From NCBI GenBank assembly GCA_038087875.1, contig JAXLNO010000456.1, positions 62,001-126,000 on the forward strand: a stretch of 64,000 nucleotides of DNA, written 5' to 3'. Every line of letters starts with the position of its first letter. Within the stretch, counting starts at the first letter, position 1. Source of the DNA: Malacoraja senta. Taxonomy: Eukaryota. The notes under the pieces were generated by a model, which was not told where the DNA came from, did no database searches, and worked only from the letters and a program-made list of their open reading frames with translations. Below are positions 61,771-64,000 of the stretch, piece after piece. The position numbers were made by a program, and so were the translations under genes.

Positions 61771-64000
61771 AGTTACATAGATACATAGAAAAAAGGTGCA
61801 GGAGTAGGCCATTCGGCCCTTCGAGCCTGCATCGCCATTCTATATGATCATGGCTGATCATCCAACTCAGTATCCCGTACCTGCCTTCTCTCCATACCCC
61901 CTGATCCCTTTAGCCACAAGGGACACATCTAACTCCCTCTTAAATATAGCCAATGAACTGGCCTCAACTACCCTCTGTGGCAGAGAGTTCCAGAGATTCA
62001 CCACTCTCTGTGTGAAAAAGTTTTTCCTCATCTCGGTCTTAAAGGATTTCCCCCTTATCCTTAAGTTGTGACCCCTTGTCCTGGACTTCCCCAACATCGG
62101 GAACAATCTTCCTGCATCTAGCCTGTCCAACCCCATAAGAATTTTGTACGTTTCTATAAGATCCCCTCTCAATCTCCTAAATTCTAGCGAGTATAAGCCA
62201 AGTCTAGCCAGTCTTTCTTCATATGAAAGTCCTGACATCCCAGGAATCAGTCTGGTGAACCTTCTCTGCACTTCCTCTATGGCTATAATGTCCTTCCTCA
62301 GATTTGGAGACCAAAACTGTACGCAATACTCCAGGTGTGGTCTCACCAAGACCCTGTACAACTGCAGTAGAACCTCCCTGCTCCTATACTCAAATCCTCT
62401 TGCTATGAAGGCCAACATACCATTCGCTTTCTTCACTGCCTGCTGCACCTGCATGCCTACTTTCAATGACTGGTGTACCATGACACCCAGGTCTCGCTGC
62501 ACCTCCCCATTTCCTAATCGGCCACCATTTAGATAATAGTCTGCCTTCCTGTTTTTGCCACCAAAGTGGATAACCTCACATTTATCCACATTATACTGCA
62601 TCTGCCAAACATTTGCCCACTCACCCAGCCTATCCAAGTCACCTTGCAGTCTCCTAGCATCCTCCTCACAGCTAACACTGCCCCCCAGCTTAGTGTCATC
62701 CGCAAACTGGGAGATGTTGCTTTCAATTCCCTCGTCCAGATCATTAATATAAATTGTAAATAGCTGGGGTACCAGCACTGAGCCTTGCGGTACCCCACTA
62801 GTCACTGCCTGCCATTGTGAAAAGGACCCGTTTACTCCTACTCTTTGCTTCCTGTTTGCCAGCCAGTTCTCTTTCCACATCAATACTGAACCCCCAATAC
62901 CGTGTGATTTAAGTTTGTATCCTAATCTCTTATGTGGTACCTTGTCGAAAGCCTTCTGAAAGTCCAGATACAACACATCCACTGGTTCTCCCCTATCCAC
63001 TCTACTAGTTACATCCTCGAAAAATTCTATAAGATTCGTCAGACACGATTTACCTTTCGTAAATCCATGCTGACTTTGTCCAATGATTTCACCACTTTCC
63101 AAATGTGCTGCTATCCCATCTTTAATAACTGACTCTAGCAGTTTCCCCACTACCGATGTTAGACTAACTGGTCTGTAATTCCACGTTTTCTCTCTCCCAC
63201 CCTTCTTAAAAAGTGGGGTTACGTTTGCTACCCTCCAATCCTCAGGAACTACTCCAGAATCTAAAGAATTTTGAAAAATTATCACTAATGCATCCACTAT
63301 TTCTGGAGCTACTTCCTTAAGTACTCTGGGATGCAGCCTATCTGGCCCTGGTGATTTATCGGCCTTTAATCCATTCAATTTACCCAACACCACTTCCCGA
63401 CTAACCTGGATTTCACTCAGTTCCTCCATCTCCTTTGACCCGCGGCCCCCTGCTATTTCCGGCAGATTATTTATGTCTTCCTTAGTGAAGACGGAACCAA
63501 AGTAGTTATTCAATTGGTCCGCCATATCCTTGTTCCCCATGATCAATTCACCTGTTTCTGACTGCAAGGGACCTACATATGTTTTAACTAATCTCTTTCT
63601 CTTCACATATCTATAAAAACTTTTCCAGTCAGTTTTTATGTTCCCTGCCAGTTTCCTTTCATAATCTATTTTCCCTTTCCTAATTAAGCCCTTTGTTCTC
63701 CTCTGCTGGTCTCTGAATTTCTCCCAGTCCTCTGGTATGCTGCCTTTTCTGGCTATATTGTACGCAAGATCTTTTGCTTTGATACTATCCCTGATTTCCC
63801 TTGTTATCCACGGATGCACTACCTTCCCTGATTTATTCTTTTGCCAAACTGGGATGAACATTTTTTGTAGTTCATCCATGCAGTCTTTAAATGCCTTCCA
63901 TTGCATATCCACCGTCAACCCTTTTAGAACTAATTGCCAGTCAATCTTGGCCAATTCACGTCTCATACCCTCAAAGTTACCTTTCTTTAAGTTCAGAACC
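61770..64000 (-). mobile_element. Young CR1 LINE (ORF2 open to the window edge), same family as 13021-17457
   Basis: The 699-aa ORF is nearly identical to the 14061-17360 product and has the same tail. Confidence 0.93.

Overview
Eukaryotic, repeat-rich vertebrate DNA. The CR1, Penelope and Rex1 repeat families and the TRIM architecture suggest a cartilaginous fish such as a skate or ray, which is an inference. The window is part of a TRIM (RING-Bbox-coiled coil-PRY/SPRY) gene cluster, with one apparently intact six-exon gene (44917-59382) and several partial or pseudogene copies. These sit among CR1, Rex1/Babar, Penelope, BEL/Pao, Harbinger and hAT elements. The most notable feature is a tandem pair of U1 snRNA units. 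One is an intact 164-nt gene with an upstream octamer (28404-28567). The other is split by a near full-length Tx1-clade retrotransposon with a ZCCHC3-like ORF1 (about 30504-35264), and its junctions suggest U1-specific targeting and possibly co-transcription from a U1 promoter. Also notable: two inverted hAT-type copies whose target-site duplication is split between them (an inversion signature), a complete Harbinger element whose first catalytic motif is cryptically scrambled, and dispersed Penelope-type minimal hammerhead ribozyme motifs.
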